A stretch of DNA of 64,000 nt from Octopus vulgaris (GCA_951406725.2 OX597836.1:8556001-8620000); one strand, 5' to 3'. Positions 14,540 to 28,622 are shown, counted from the first letter of the stretch. The notes: generated by a model not told the origin, from the letters alone. Made by a program: numbers and translations.

Positions 14540-14763
14540 GGCCCCACAGGGGGCCAAACATAGAGAGGAAAAACAAGGGCAGACAAAGGGAGTAAGTTGA
14601 TTACATCGAACCCCAGTGCGTAACTGGTACTTATTTAATCGACCCCGAAAGAATAAAAGGCAAGGTCGAACTCGGCGGAATTTGAACTCAGAACGTAACG
14701 ACAGATGAAATACCGCAAAGCATTTCGCCCTGCGTGCTAACGTTTCTGCCAGCTCGCTGCCTT
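14540..14763 (-). mobile_element. SINE family A
   Basis: Reverse complement of the family A consensus seen in this window. Confidence 0.88.
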
Positions 14764-14954
14764 ATAAAGCAGATATATGGTTGGTGTGACATAGACATAG
14801 CGGTGTTGATATAAAAAAAGTCGTTTCGCGGTCACGTGGTTTTGTGCGAAATTCCAACTGCGAGGCATCATGGGTATGTGTCTTCTATCGTGACATCCAG
14901 TCGACTAATACCTTGTGAATGAATTTGCTAGGTGGAAACTGCGTGGAATCCTGG

Positions 14955-14999
<45 letters not shown>

Positions 15000-15367
15000 T
15001 TGTGTGTGTGTGTATATGTATATATGAGTTTGTTTCTCTTTCTGTCTGCGTATGCCTCTCACCACTGCTTGACAAGAGTGGTTTATTTACCTAGCGGTTC
15101 AACCAAAGATATCGATAGCATAAGTACTGAAACAAGTGATTGGAAATATCTTTCTTCGGTTTCGTATTTGTTGTCGGTGAGCCGTCATCCGTTTTCTAAG
15201 GGATGCAGCTGTTTCGGGTTCGATTAAATAAATACCAGTTACGCACTGGGGTCGATGTAATCGACTTAATCCGTTTTTCTGTCCTTGTTTGTCCTCTCTG
15301 TGTTCAGCCCCTTGTGGGTAGTAAAGAAATAGGTATTCCGTCTATCTTTACGCTCTGAGTTCAAATT

Positions 15368-16082
15368 CCGCCGAGGTCGACTTTGCCTTTCATCCTTTCG
15401 GGATCGATAAATTAAGTACCAGTTGCATACTGGTGTCGATCTAATCGACTGGTTCGCTCTCCTACAAAATTTTGAGCCTTGTGCCTAGAGTAGAAAAGAA
15501 TATTGAACGATGTAAAATGGCCGTTTATTAGCTCAAATCTTAAAGAGGGCTTACCACATCACATTCTGTTATGACGTGCTGATTAATGAGGGTAGCCATA
15601 TTGAATAAGGGGTGGAGCAAGAGAAAAGTAATAATAAAGACTCGAGAGATAGTGAGGTAGGATGAGAGGGCGGGAATGGGGGTGGATGTGGAAGGCCGAG
15701 GTGAGATGAAGAAGAGTGGAATGTCCGCCGAGGTCGACTTTGCCTTTCATCCTTTCGGGATCGATAAATTAAGTACCAGTTGCATACTGGTGTCGATCTA
15801 ATCGACTGGTTCGCTCTCCTACAAAATTTTGAGCCTTGTGCCTAGAGTAGAAAAGAATATTGAACGATGTAAAATGGCCGTTTAATTAGCTCAAATCTTA
15901 AAGAGGGCTTACCACATCACATTCTGTTATGACGTGCTGATTAATGAGGGTAGCCATATTGAATAAGGGGTGGAGCAAGAGAAAAGTAATAATAAAGACT
16001 CGAGAGATAGTGAGGTAGGATGAGAGGGCGGGAATGGGGGTGGATGTGGAAGGCCGAGGTGAGATGAAGAAGAGTGGAATGT
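15368..16082. repeat. Near-perfect 357-bp tandem duplication (SINE A 3' half plus unique flank)
   Basis: 15368-15724 and 15725-16082 look identical by eye except a 1-nt indel (GTTTATTA vs GTTTAATTA). Confidence 0.95.
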
Positions 16083-16347
16083 GTTAAGAGAACTACATTT
16101 TAATTGGCATTCAAGGATTATGGGATTTAGAAATGAATAAGTGTCGTCTAATTAATTAATTGGCACTCAACATGTGTATATAATTTATATACACTCTACA
16201 TATTTTTATGTAAACTTCCTATATTTCGTTCCCTTCCTCGCTTTCGTTCTCTTTCTCTCTCCCTAGTGTGTGTGTGTGTGTGTGTCTGTCTGTGTCGATT
16301 TCCCACTCCCTCCGTATGTATACAAGCTTTTGAGTATGCGTGTATAT

Positions 16348-16404
<57 letters not shown>

Positions 16405-16658
16405 CCTATATCCATACATAAATACTTACACACACACACACATATATATTTATACATAAGTGTGTATGTATTATATATATTATATATATCTTATATATAT
16501 GCATATATCCATGTATATGTGTATATACATACGTACATACATTCATATATGCACACACATATATATACATACACACACATCCATATATAAACATACATTT
16601 ATGCATAGATACGTACATACATACATTCACAAATGCACACATACATACAGACAAATAC

Positions 16659-16699
<41 letters not shown>

Positions 16700-16920
16700 T
16701 GCATATGTAGACTTTGACAAGAAGTTCTTCTCTATAAATGTCCTTTATATTCAGTTCTGAATTTTGTAGACCAAAACCAAACAATAACAAGAAGAAGAAG
16801 AACAACAACAACAACAGCAACAACAACCACAAACAAGAAACCCCAAACAAGCATAACGGCGCAAAACAACCACACATACACACACACACACATATGCGTA
16901 CAACAACCATAACAACAGCA

Positions 16921-17007
<87 letters not shown>

Positions 17008-18103
17008 TTAGCTAATTTAAGATTCGTTTGAGGTATCAAGTAAGACCGAGCAATTTTCCTCTGAATGTCAAATCTGTGACTTTCTCAAGTGATTTTATTA
17101 TAATATAATTGGACGGGTCGTATGACTGGTATATAATGTTCCATCTTTAACCGACACACAATTCCCAAACGTCCCTTCATCGTCTTCGTCGACGTCGTCG
17201 CCATCATTATCATTGGCTGCTGTCCTCCTCATCACAAGCGATTCTTATGTGTGTGTGTGTTTGAGTGTTTGTGTGTGTGTATTTGTGTATGCGTGTGTGT
17301 GTTAGTGTGTATGTATATGCGAACAAGTGTGTGCTAGTGCATGTGTTTGTGCATATGCGCGCGCCTTTTCGTTCAAACTCCATTTTAAAGGTTGCGTTCA
17401 TATTTCCTCATTGGACCTTTATATTTAGCCTGAAAGAAAAACGCTCTTTAATCAATGAATCGCTTCAAGACTTTCCGGGGCTCATCATCAGGTTGAAAAG
17501 ATAGTAATGACGTTATGTTGCCCGTACGCTTTGCCTTATGATCATACAGCATCATGGGAATTCCAACATGTCTGATAAAATCATCATCGTTAAAAATCAA
17601 TTTTAGAATGACTTTTTTTCTGTCAAAACATTAAAATAACTGACCAACAACAAAAAAAAAAACCATCCAAGATTCAACCAAATCAAAAAATAAACCCAAA
17701 TACTAAGCGAACAAAGATGAACCATCCCACTTCCATTGCGTGCGCACACGCACACAGACACAAACACACACACATTCACATACTCCCTTTTACATACACA
17801 CACATATATTCACACAGAGTTGAAACGCTGTTTGATTCATTTCTTCAGCGTACAATTTTTACCATCCCACTACTAAGTATGACACCACCCCTTCCTTTTT
17901 TATTCATCTAGCACCCCTTCCTTTCTCATTCATAAACACAAGAGTATTATTATACTAGGTTATCTCGGTAACCATGGGAGCTATGAAAAAATACAAAACC
18001 CAGCAACATCACCGGATCATTGTACACATCTGTGTAATTTCCACCCAGTCGTTTGACTGTGAATCCCAAGACAAGAAAGAATCGCTTAAGTCAAATTTAT
18101 ATG

Positions 18104-18171
<68 letters not shown>

Positions 18172-18507
18172 TGTGTACGTGTACGTGTGTGTATGTATGC
18201 GCGCGTGTGTGTGTATCATGCATTATGCTTGTAAATTCAGTCGGTGGTGCTTTAAGAGAAAACTGATTCAAAAACGATGAAAAAACCCCCCAAAAAACGA
18301 AAAGAAGAAAGAAGAGGAAAGAAATCGAAACCTGTAGAGACAGAAGAAAGCCTGAACGATAATTTGAAACCCTGACCTCCTGCAGTGAATAGTTAAAACA
18401 GAATTGAACCTACCATGTTAAGTAACTATATACTTGTTAGTGTAACGAAATACGGTTGAAACATACATACATATGTTTGTGTGTATATATATATATATAT
18501 ATATATA

Positions 18508-19150
18508 CTAGCATTATGACCAGTCTTTGCCGGGTCATAGTGCTAGTGCATGTATATATGCGTATATATGTGTACATATTACATGTACATCTATATATAT
18601 ATATATACATCTACACATAAAATACAAAATACAAAGTTATCGCTAGTGATAACAATACTGAAAAAAAAATAAAACAGACTGGAATTGTAGGATTATTCCA
18701 TTTCTGCACGCTAATTTTATTTTAATTTATTCCCATTCATGTGAAACCATTTATTCATGTTCAAATCCTTGATGCAATTTTATACCAATTGCTATTTTTA
18801 CTTTTGTTATGTTACGGTTATATTATACTTTAGTTTGATTTTAATTATTACTTACTACACATAATTCAATTGTTATTATTATTTTTATTGTTAAAGTGAA
18901 AATATCTGACATAAAATAAGGAAATGTTTTTGTTTCACTTTTAACACGTAATACTGAAATAGTGGAGAAGATATGATATTGCTATGGGCTCGCTCTAGGC
19001 AAGAAGTTGAACATTTCTTTTGCCCATGAAACTACATGGACCCTAAGTAAGGCATGTGTAAAATTTGAATGAAATTGGTTGTGTAGTTCTCAAGTTTTAG
19101 GAAAACACACAGACAGGCAGACAGACAAACACACATTCTCAGTTTTATAT
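18508..19150 (-). mobile_element. Non-autonomous Helitron-like element
   Basis: Minus strand ends in hairpin GACCCGGCAAAGACTGGTC followed by ...GCTAG|T. The other end has (GACA)n and AAAATTTGAATGAAATTGG..TAGTT..TTTTATATAT, the layout typical of non-autonomous Helitrons. Sits in TA-rich sequence with no TSD. Confidence 0.65.
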
Positions 19151-19214
19151 ATATATGTATGTGTGTGTGTGTGTGTATATATATACACACATATATATGC
19201 ATATATGTATATAT

Positions 19215-19267
<53 letters not shown>

Positions 19268-19270
<3 letters not shown>

Positions 19271-19585
19271 CTCCGCCGGTTACGACGACGAGGGTCCCAG
19301 CTGATACGATCAACGGAACAGCTTGCTCGTGAAATTAACGTGCAAATGGCTGAGCATTCCACAGACACGTGTACCCTTAACGTAGTTCTCGGGGATAATC
19401 AGCGTGACACAGAGAGTGACAAGGCTGACCCTTTGAAATACAAGTACAACTCATTTTTGCCAGCTGAGTGGACTGGAGCAACGTGAAATAAAGTGTCTTG
19501 CTCAAGGACACAACGCGTCGCCGGGAATCGAACTCACAACCTTACGATCATGAGCCGAATGCCCTAACCACTAAGCCACGCGCCC

Positions 19586-19590
<5 letters not shown>
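19268..19590 (-). mobile_element. tRNA SINE family D (CORE-like body, tail type 3)
   Basis: Minus head GAGGGCGCGTGGCTTAGTGG...GAGTTCGATTCC; body TTGAGCAAGACACTTTATTTCACGTTGCTCCAGTCCACTCAGCTG; tail shared with 58939-59115. Confidence 0.88.
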
Positions 19591-19635
<45 letters not shown>

Positions 19636-19811
19636 TATGTGCATATATAAATATATAAATGTTTATATATATATATATGCATATACTTACCTAAAAATTC
19701 CGGAAGAAGCTTCGTGAGACCACTGCTGAGGAGACTCTTCCGAAAATTTTTTTAAAAAAGCAGAAAAGCCATGGAAAACCGATTATAGCAGCGATTCCAT
19801 CAATTCCTAGG

Positions 19812-19851
19812 GATATCTGAAGAAGGAATTTTTATTCCGAAATATTATATC
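19812..19851 (+). ncRNA. Minimal type-I hammerhead ribozyme motif
   Basis: GAUAU-CUGAAGA-A-GGAAU(UUUU)AUUCC-GAAA-UA-U-U/AUAUC. Stems I and II are perfect 5-bp helices, the core is intact and stem III is the palindrome AUAU. Lies in a ~260-bp insert (19686-19943) between (TA)n tracts. Confidence 0.8.
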
Positions 19852-20409
19852 AGACTTTGGATGATTAAATTACAACAGTTATTATAGCACATTGTTTGTA
19901 TTAGAGTGCATTGTTGTGTTATTCAAAATATTTTATTCTTTACTATATAAATAATATATATATATATATATATATATATCTATAAATATGCATTTAGGCT
20001 TAGCATCTCTTCCTGTTTGTTTTCACTGTCCAAATTTTGTTACCAATTTTGACCCTCCGCAAAATCCCAAATTTTAAAACAAATTTGCTTTGCGGGAGCA
20101 ACTGTTTTATCGAAAGCGTATCTTGTTGTGAATTGCTCGAAATACGAGAGTAGAAAAACAGCCAGCAACTGATGAAGGGTCGTTTTTTTTGTTGTCTGTC
20201 TTGTTTTCCATGTGTTCGTCCTTCCTATTTTTTGTTGTACACGTCTCGTGACATCCTGTGCCTACATATGCATATATATATATATATACACGTATAGGTG
20301 TAAGTATGTACGTATGTACATATACGTACGTATATATGCATATATATATTATTTATATTATTATATGACTGAACCCCACGCATCCTCTTTCAAGTGTTTA
20401 TCTAAGTTT

Positions 20410-20466
<57 letters not shown>

Positions 20467-20488
20467 ATATACATATACGTATATATAC

Positions 20489-20557
<69 letters not shown>

Positions 20558-21169
20558 CATACATAACATACATATATGTATATATACATACTATACATAT
20601 ATATTATCGACCACACATAACGTACACGCCAATAGCGTTTGCCGGTAGGATATGAAATGGCGTGGTGGAGATGACTCCCTCAGTGTGCCGGGTGTTAAAA
20701 TGCCTGAAGGTAAAGCACATGCAGGACGTGTGCGTGTATGACTGTGCATGTGTGTGTATGTATTTTTGTGTGTGTGACGATGTTGGTTCGTTTACGTCCC
20801 CGTTACCTAACGGTTCGGCGAAAGGGGACCCATAAAATAAGTACTAAACTTTAAAAAAGACCAAATTAGTATTGGAGTTGATTCGTTCGAATGAATCCGC
20901 CAAGGCGGTGCTCCAGCATGATCGCAATCCAATGACTGAAACGAAATAAAGACAAACGATTAACGATAAGGTTGACTTAAGATTAAACAACCACAAGAAC
21001 AGGAACAAACTAACACAAAGGGTTGTAAAGTGGTAGTAAAAGAGTTGAAGGTTCGAGTTGGGATTGGGTCGAAGGACGTTATTGTTGAAGGCGATGGTGG
21101 TGAAGATCCAAAGACGTTCCAGCCTTGGCCATCTAGAATTTTTATACAAACAGGAACATATATTATCCA

Positions 21170-21171
21170 GG

Positions 21172-21203
<32 letters not shown>

Positions 21204-21930
21204 GTTAGTAGCGTTAGAAATGTTCGTAGTGTTGGTTGTGGTGATTGTAACTTTGATGGTGGTGGTAGAGGTGTTTTGTGGTGGTTGTGTTGCCCTTAGA
21301 GGTGATGGTGATGGTGTTAGTGTGGTGGTAGAGCTGCTGATGGTTGTGGTGATGATGTTAATGGTGGCGATGGTGGTGATGGTGGTGTTGGTGTTGGTGG
21401 CGGGGACGGTAGTGGTGCTAGTGGTAGTGGTGAAGTTAATGGTGATGGTAGCGATGGTGGTGGTGTTGCTGGTGGTGATGGTAGTGGTGATGTTGGTGGT
21501 AGTGATGGTGGTGATGGTGGTGTTGGTGTTGGTGTTGGTGGCGGGGACGGTAATGGTGCTGGTGGTAGTGGTGAAGTTAATGGTGATGGTAGCGATGGTG
21601 GTGGTGCTGCTGCTGGTGGTGATGGTAGAGGTGATAGTGGTGGTAGTGATGGTAGCGGTGGAGGCGGCGGTAAGTGGTGATGGCAGTAATGATGGTGATA
21701 ATGGTTGTTGCTGTGGCGGTTTTGGTAGTGATAGTGATGGTGGTGGTGGTGGTGGTGGTGGTAGTGGTTGCAGCGGCGGCGTTGCCGGTGGTGGCAGTGG
21801 TTGTAGTGTTGGTAGAAGTGACGGTGATAATGGTTGCTGTGGTGCTGGAGGTACTGGTAGTGGCGGTGGTGGTAGTGGTAGTGGTGGTGGTGGTGGTAGC
21901 GGCTGTGGCTGTGATGGTGGCACAGGCGGT
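21170..21930. repeat. (GGT)-rich low-complexity tract with internal ~140-bp-period duplication
   Basis: GGCGGGGACGGT..GTGAAGTTAATGGTGATGGTAGCGATGG occurs at ~21400 and ~21540. Confidence 0.9.
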
Positions 21931-22229
21931 TTGTTTGCTGCTGTTGTCTGGCAAAACAAATCTATAATGCAGATTGTGCTAACAGCAGATTCGACAGAAA
22001 ACTCTGTAGAAATGGCGAGATCAAAGCGACGGAATAACGGAAGAGGACCACACAGCTTAAACACTGTTTAACTTAGTTATAACAATGGCCATTGTATAAA
22101 AGTCGATACACACACACACGCACACACACACACACGCACACACACACACACACATATATAAACACATACATACACACACACAACATGAAAATACTCTCAC
22201 AAATACCTTATACATATATACCTACATGA

Positions 22230-22275
<46 letters not shown>

Positions 22276-22324
22276 ATATATATATATTCATAAATGTGTA
22301 TGCACGCGCACGCACACACACACA

Positions 22325-22389
<65 letters not shown>

Positions 22390-23319
22390 ATGTATATATA
22401 CATATACTTGCATGTATATATTTGTGAATACACATACACATATATGTGTACATGTCCATATACAGAAGTGTATTAATTATACATTTCGTCTTCACTCAAT
22501 GCACACACATACGCACACGCAGATACACACACATATATACATAGCGTACTGACATATACATATATATATACACATATATATATACAAATATATATATACA
22601 CATATATGTACATACGCATATATATATACATATATGCACATATACATACATACATGCATACACACACCCCACACCAACCTACACCAACCCACACCTACCC
22701 ACACAATCCCTCCACACATATATACTGATATACATATTCCCATACAGACACATAAATGCGTTTTCACTTACATGCATACATAAAAACATGCATACATAAA
22801 TATATACACACACAAGAACATACATACACACACATATACATACATACATACATACATACACATACATATATACATGCATACATATATACATACATACATA
22901 CATGCATACATACATAGATACATACATACATAAATACATACATACATACATACATACATACATACATACATGCGTGCATACATATACGTATGTGGAGTCG
23001 AAGTCAGCCAGGTTTGCATAAGGGGCCTATTCATGTTTCTCTTTTTCTTTTCGTCTTATGAATTCTGCCCCCTTAAATTTTTGCCATTAATGCAATCCTG
23101 GTAAATAGAAAAAGAAGAAAAAAAAAAAGAAAAAATACAAAAAAAAAAGAAAAGAAAAAAAAGAAGCTTTCTATCTCTCTTCTTTTTGATAAATGCAATG
23201 GAGCGCCGTTTTAGGGGAAAATGGCAATTACAGTAATAATGAAACTTTAGAATTAAACTAGTAAATTATAAGTTAGTTATCCAGCATAAACTAACAGATC
23301 GCAACTACAAGAGGTCGAC

Positions 23320-23722
23320 ATTGGGTTATTCCGAAGGATTTCTAGATTAGGGGATTCTTGAGAGGTGCGTAATTCGGAGATGAGGAGAGAGTCCCTCCTG
23401 ATCGAGCCGATATTTCTCGGCGTTGGGAAGTCACACTCTCTGTCCTATGAATGATGTGATTAGAATGTCATAGGAAAGACTCGCAGGACGGATTCTTCAA
23501 GCGGTGCCGACTCGCGGGAGACCCCAGGGGTAGACCAAAAATGAGTCGGTTGGTTAATATCCACTGGCGTAGGAGTGGCTATGTGGTAAGTAGCTTGCTT
23601 ACAAACCACATGGTTCCGGGTTCAGTCCCACTGCGTGGCACCTTGGGCAAGTGTCTTCTACTATAGCCTCGGGCCAACCAAAGCCTTGTGAATGGATTTG
23701 GTTGACGGAAACTGAAAGAAGC

Positions 23723-23757
<35 letters not shown>

Positions 23758-24020
23758 CACCTGTATGTATATGTTTGTGTGTCTTGAATACCGATGCTGG
23801 TGTGTTTAATGTCCCCGTAACTTAGCGGTTCGGCAAAAGAGACCGATAGAATAAGTACTAGGCTTACAAAAGAATAAGTCCTGGGGTCGATTTGCTCGAC
23901 AAAAGGGCGGTGCTCTAGCATGGCCACAGTCAAATGGCTGAAACAAGTAAAAGAGTAAAAGTGTAAAAGAGTCTCAGATGGTCACGCTTCGGAATCCAGG
24001 CAGAAAGCCTAATGACAAGT
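23320..24020 (+). mobile_element. RTE-clade LINE 3' fragment interrupted by a SINE B
   Basis: With frameshifts reads ...NSEMRRESLLIEPIFL...VIRMS*ERLAGRILQAVPTRGRP/GRPKMS.LVNIH [SINE] LRWSRFGIQAESLMT, the same pattern as 12041-12250. Confidence 0.7.
23566..23972 (+). mobile_element. tRNA-derived SINE family B, full-length
   Basis: Head GGCGTAGGAGTGGCTATGTGGTAAG...GGGTTCAGTCCC, internal (TA)n/(TG)n, tail (GTAAAAGA)n. About 20 copies or fragments in the window. Confidence 0.9.
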
Positions 24021-24258
24021 ACCAGTTGCGTACTGGGGTGATTCCAAGTTGTTTCTGATAGGACCCTGTAGAGGAAAAAAAACATTAATTAGAAACAATG
24101 TTTTTCTAATGTGATGCGCCGAGGTTGGTAATAACGGATCCTTAAACCGAATTTCTGGTCTGTACTTACGTGAATGCTTCTCTTTTCATTAAAACTGACC
24201 CCTGAGTTACGAAGTTACAACGGAGGGAAGCCTTAATCTCGAAAAAAAAAAAATATAT

Positions 24259-24301
<43 letters not shown>

Positions 24302-24592
24302 TGTGTGTATATATACATATGCATGTAAACATACATAAACTTTTTCTCTTATTTCTAAATTCAAATGCGTGTATGTAAGCATTTACGAAGCATGCTCACA
24401 TACACACATACATATGTGTGTATGTGTGTGTTTATGGGTGTGTGTATATATATATATATATGTATTCAATGTATATGCATATGTATGTAGGTATATATAT
24501 ATATAGCTAATCCAAACAAGAAAGCACAAAAAAACACAACGCGAGGACGTGGAACAAATATAGTATTATTGGACGCTCAGGAAAGAAGGAGG

Positions 24593-24627
24593 GTTTAACG
24601 TTTCGAGCGGAGCTCTTCGTCAGAAAC
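24593..24627 (-). ncRNA. Minimal type-I hammerhead ribozyme motif
   Basis: Minus strand: GUUU-CUGACGA-A-GAGC(UCC)GCUC-GAAA-CG-U-U/AAAC. Intact core, palindromic ACGU stem III. Lies in a ~190-bp insert (24506-24698) between microsatellites. Confidence 0.78.
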
Positions 24628-25778
24628 ATAGGAAAAGGAAAGATCCAGAGAAGGGAAGACAGAAGAAAAAAAATCGCCAACGGTACACACGCGGTCACAT
24701 ATATGCGCGTGTGTGTGTGTGTGTCTGTGAGCGTGTGTGTGAGACTATGTATAAATATATATACACACACACACATATATCGTTTTTTTCTACTCTAGGC
24801 ACAAAGCCTGAAATTTTTTTTGGGGGGGGAGACTGTCGATTAGATCGTCCCCAGTACGCAACTGGTACTTAATTTATCGACCCTAAAAGGATGAAAGGCA
24901 AAGTCGACCTTAGTGGAATTTGAACTCAGTACATAGCGGCAGACAAAAAAACCCCCCTAAATATTCCACCCGGCGTGCTAACGTTTCTGCCAGCTCTCCG
25001 CCTCCCCCTCTCCCCATAATATACGTGTGGTGAGTTCGTCCGTGTGTGTGTGCGCGTGTTTGTATTTTCACGTGTAATATGTCTGGGTATAAATAGTTTG
25101 TCATATACGTGTGTAAGCATGATCTAACAAATCTGCCCCGTTTTTTTCTTGAGCTAATCGTTTTTCTTACTTTCTGTCTTTTTTTCATAAAACTTTATAG
25201 TAATTTCTTGTTTTTAGGGGAGGGGTCCTGTTTTCGTATAACATATACATACATATATACATATATATATATGTTTCTTTCTTTTTGGCTTTCATCTTAA
25301 ATTTGAGGAGTTTCGTATATGTAGCTGTTTGTCATTTATACATGTTCAAAGCAGCAGTTGAGATCAGGAAACATTAAGTAAATAGAAATATAGACCAGAT
25401 CCTTAAATAGATTTACTCCCTCTCTCGTACTGTCGAAGCTTTTTTTCCTTTCTGCTTCTCTTCATTCTTTTGCTCCTCCCATCGACACAACTAAAAACAA
25501 AAAAACAAAAAAAGAACACAACACACACAACAGGCTTTAGAACGTAGGAATGTCGAAGAGCCTAAGGCCTCACGAAGCGGGAACTTGACCCGGTTTCCGT
25601 GGAGCATAAAAATCACTGGGATTAAATGCCGGAACGCCGGTCCTTCGTGGGGTCAACTTCCCATCTCTTGCTGGGACTCATTTTACAGCTGAGTGGACTG
25701 GGATAGCAGGGATTGAAAGTGGTTTGATCAAGAACACAGCACATAGCCGTACTTACGTATGTGCGGGTGTATTTGTGC

Positions 25779-25842
<64 letters not shown>

Positions 25843-25868
25843 AAGCTATATATGTGTATATGTATATG

Positions 25869-25904
<36 letters not shown>

Positions 25905-26281
25905 GTATATATGTCATTGCTTGATTAATCTAAGTATTTGTCAAGAATTTAATTTGTTTACTGATTAATTAATTAATTAGCTGATTGACTTATGTTGTCT
26001 CCTGCTATAGCCTCGGGTCAACTGAAGCCTTGTGAGTGGATTTGGTAGACGGAAACTGAAAGATGCTCGTCGTACATATATATACACATACACACACGCA
26101 CACACACGACGGGCTTCATTCAGTTTCCGTCAACCAAATCCATTCACAATGCTTTGGTCGGCCCGCGGTTATAGTAGAAAACACTTTCCCAAGGTGCCAC
26201 GCAATGGGACTGAACCCGGAACCATGTGGTTGCGAAGCAAATTCCTTACCACACGACCAGGCTTGCACCTTTATATGTATG

Positions 26282-26362
<81 letters not shown>

Positions 26363-26595
26363 ATGTATATATGTGTGTGTGTGTGTGTGTATATCCCAGT
26401 ACCGTTTGAAACCGGTGTTTGTGTGTTTATGTCTCTGGCAAAAGAGACTGATAGAATAAGTAGCAGGCTCAATATATAAGTACTGGGTTCGATTCATTCG
26501 ACTAAAATTTCTTCACAGCGGTGCTCCAGCATGGCCGCAATCTAATGACTGAAACTGGTAAAAGAATTAACTGACGACTGTTGCTACTAAAATTA

Positions 26596-28622
26596 ATCCT
26601 TTCTATTATAAGCATAACGCCTGAAACTTTGGGAGAGGGGCCTAGTCAATGGTACCATTGACTCAAGTACTTCGCTGGTAGTTATTTTATCGACCCTGAA
26701 AGGAAAAGAGGTAAAATAGACCTCGGCGGAATTTGGAGCCGAAATGAATGTCGCTATGCATTTTTCTCCTGGATGTTAACGGTTCTGCTAGCTCACCGCC
26801 TTAATAATGGTTTCAGGTTTTCGGCACATGACCAGCAATGTTAGTGGTGAGAGTAAGTCGGTTATATCAACCCCAGTTCTCAATTGGTACTTAGTTTAAT
26901 CAGTCCCGAAAGGATAAAAGGTAAAGTCGGTCTCGGTTGAATTTGAACTCAGAACCTAAAGAGCCAGCAGAAACAGTGCTATGCACTTCTGCCCGGCCTG
27001 CCAACGGTTCTGCCAGCTCGTCGCCTTAATAATAATAACAATCTTTTCTACTATAGGCACAAGGCCTGAAATTTCGGGGCGGGAGGGAATGAATCGATTA
27101 CATCGACTCCAGTGTTTCACAAGTGCTTAATTTATCGATCCCGAAAGGACGAAAGGCAAAGTCGATCTCGGCGGGATTTGAACTCTAACGATTCTGTCAG
27201 CTCGGCCCCTTAATAATGATACTAATCCTTTCTAATATATGCACAAGGCTTGAAATTTTAGGGGACAGGACCAGTCAGCTGCATCAGCTCTAGTGTATAT
27301 ACACACACATATATCTTTTTTTTCTACTCTAGGCACAAGGCCCGAAATTTTCGGAGAGGGAGCCAGACGATTAGATCGACACCAGTACGCAACTGGAACT
27401 TTATTTATCGACCCCAAAAGGATGAAAGATAAAGTCGACCCCAGCGGTATTTGAACTCAGAACATGAAAACAGACGAAATACCTCTAAGCATTTCGGCCG
27501 GCGTGCTAACTATTCGGCCAGCTCACCATCTTAATTATTTCAATTTTTTTTTTGCCACAAGGGCAGCTTGGGGGAGATGGGAATGAATCGAAAACATCGA
27601 TCCCAGTGTTGAAATGGTACTTATTTTATCGACCCCGAAAGAATGAAAAGCCAAGTCGATCTCAGTGGAATTTGAACTCAGAACGTAGCGCTGGGAGAAA
27701 TACCGCTAAACATTTCGTCCAGCGTGCTAACGATTCCTTATTTCTTTATTGCCCTCAAGGGTTTAAACGTAGAGGGGACAAACAAGGACACACAAAGATA
27801 TTAAGTCGATTAGATCGACCCTAGTGCACAACTGGTACTTAATTTATTCGACCCCGAAAGGATGAAAGATAAAGTCGACCCCAGCGGTATTTGAACTCAG
27901 AACATGAAAACAGACGAAATACCTCTAAGCATTTCGGCCGGCGTGCTAACTATTCGGCCAGCTCACCATCTTAATTATTTCAATTTTTTTGCCACAAGGG
28001 CAGCTTGGGGAGATGGGAATGAATCGAAAACATCGATCCCAGTGTTGAAATGGTACTTATTTTATCGACCCCGAAAGAATGAAAAGCCAAGTCGATCTCA
28101 GTGGAATTTGAACTCAGAACGTAGCGCTGGGAGAAATACCGCTAAACATTTCGTCCAGCGTGCTAACGATTCCTTATTTCTTTATTGCCCTCAAGGCTTT
28201 AAACGTAGAGGGGACAAACAAGGACACACAAAGATATTAAGTCGATTAGATCGACCCTAGTGCACAACTGGTACTTAATTTATTCGACCCCGAAAGGATG
28301 AAAGGCAAAGTCGACCTCGGCGGAATTTGAACTCAGAACGTAGCAGCAGACAAAATACTACTACGCATTTCGTCCAGCGTGCTAACGATTCCGCCAGCTC
28401 GGCGCCTTAACAATAATAATTTTGGCACAAAATTTCGGGGAGAGGCGGAGCCGATAATATGAAACCCTTAGGCTCAGCTGGGACAATTTTATAGACTCCG
28501 AGAGGAAGAAATGCAAAGCCTACCTCAGCGTAGTTTGAACTCAGAAAGCAAAAAGCCGAAATAGATGCCGCTAAGTAAATTTTTTGTCCGGCTTGCTAAC
28601 GACTCTGCCAGCATCTCGCCTT
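26596..28622 (-). mobile_element. Cluster of about ten co-oriented SINE A copies, including a ~440-bp tandem duplication
   Basis: Repeated CGACCCCGAAAGGATGAAAGGCAAAGTCGAC..GGAATTTGAACTCAGAAC units separated by short (AAT)n. ~27410-27850 is duplicated at ~27850-28290. Confidence 0.9.

Noticed and set aside
17462-17498. Minus-strand CUGAUGA..GAAAGUC with UUCAA/UUGAA flanks
   Set aside because: Stem II is only 2 bp, stem I is out of register and stem III is not viable; probably chance.
20140-20200. CUGAUGA in a TA-embedded insert (19982-20265)
   Set aside because: No downstream stem II and GAAA; the upstream GAAA lacks a proper A-U/UH arrangement.
20844-22071. 406-aa and 337-aa ORFs (Pro/Thr- and Val/Gly-rich)
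   Set aside because: Translations of a (GGT/ACC)n tract that is open in several frames on both strands; one end runs into a SINE.
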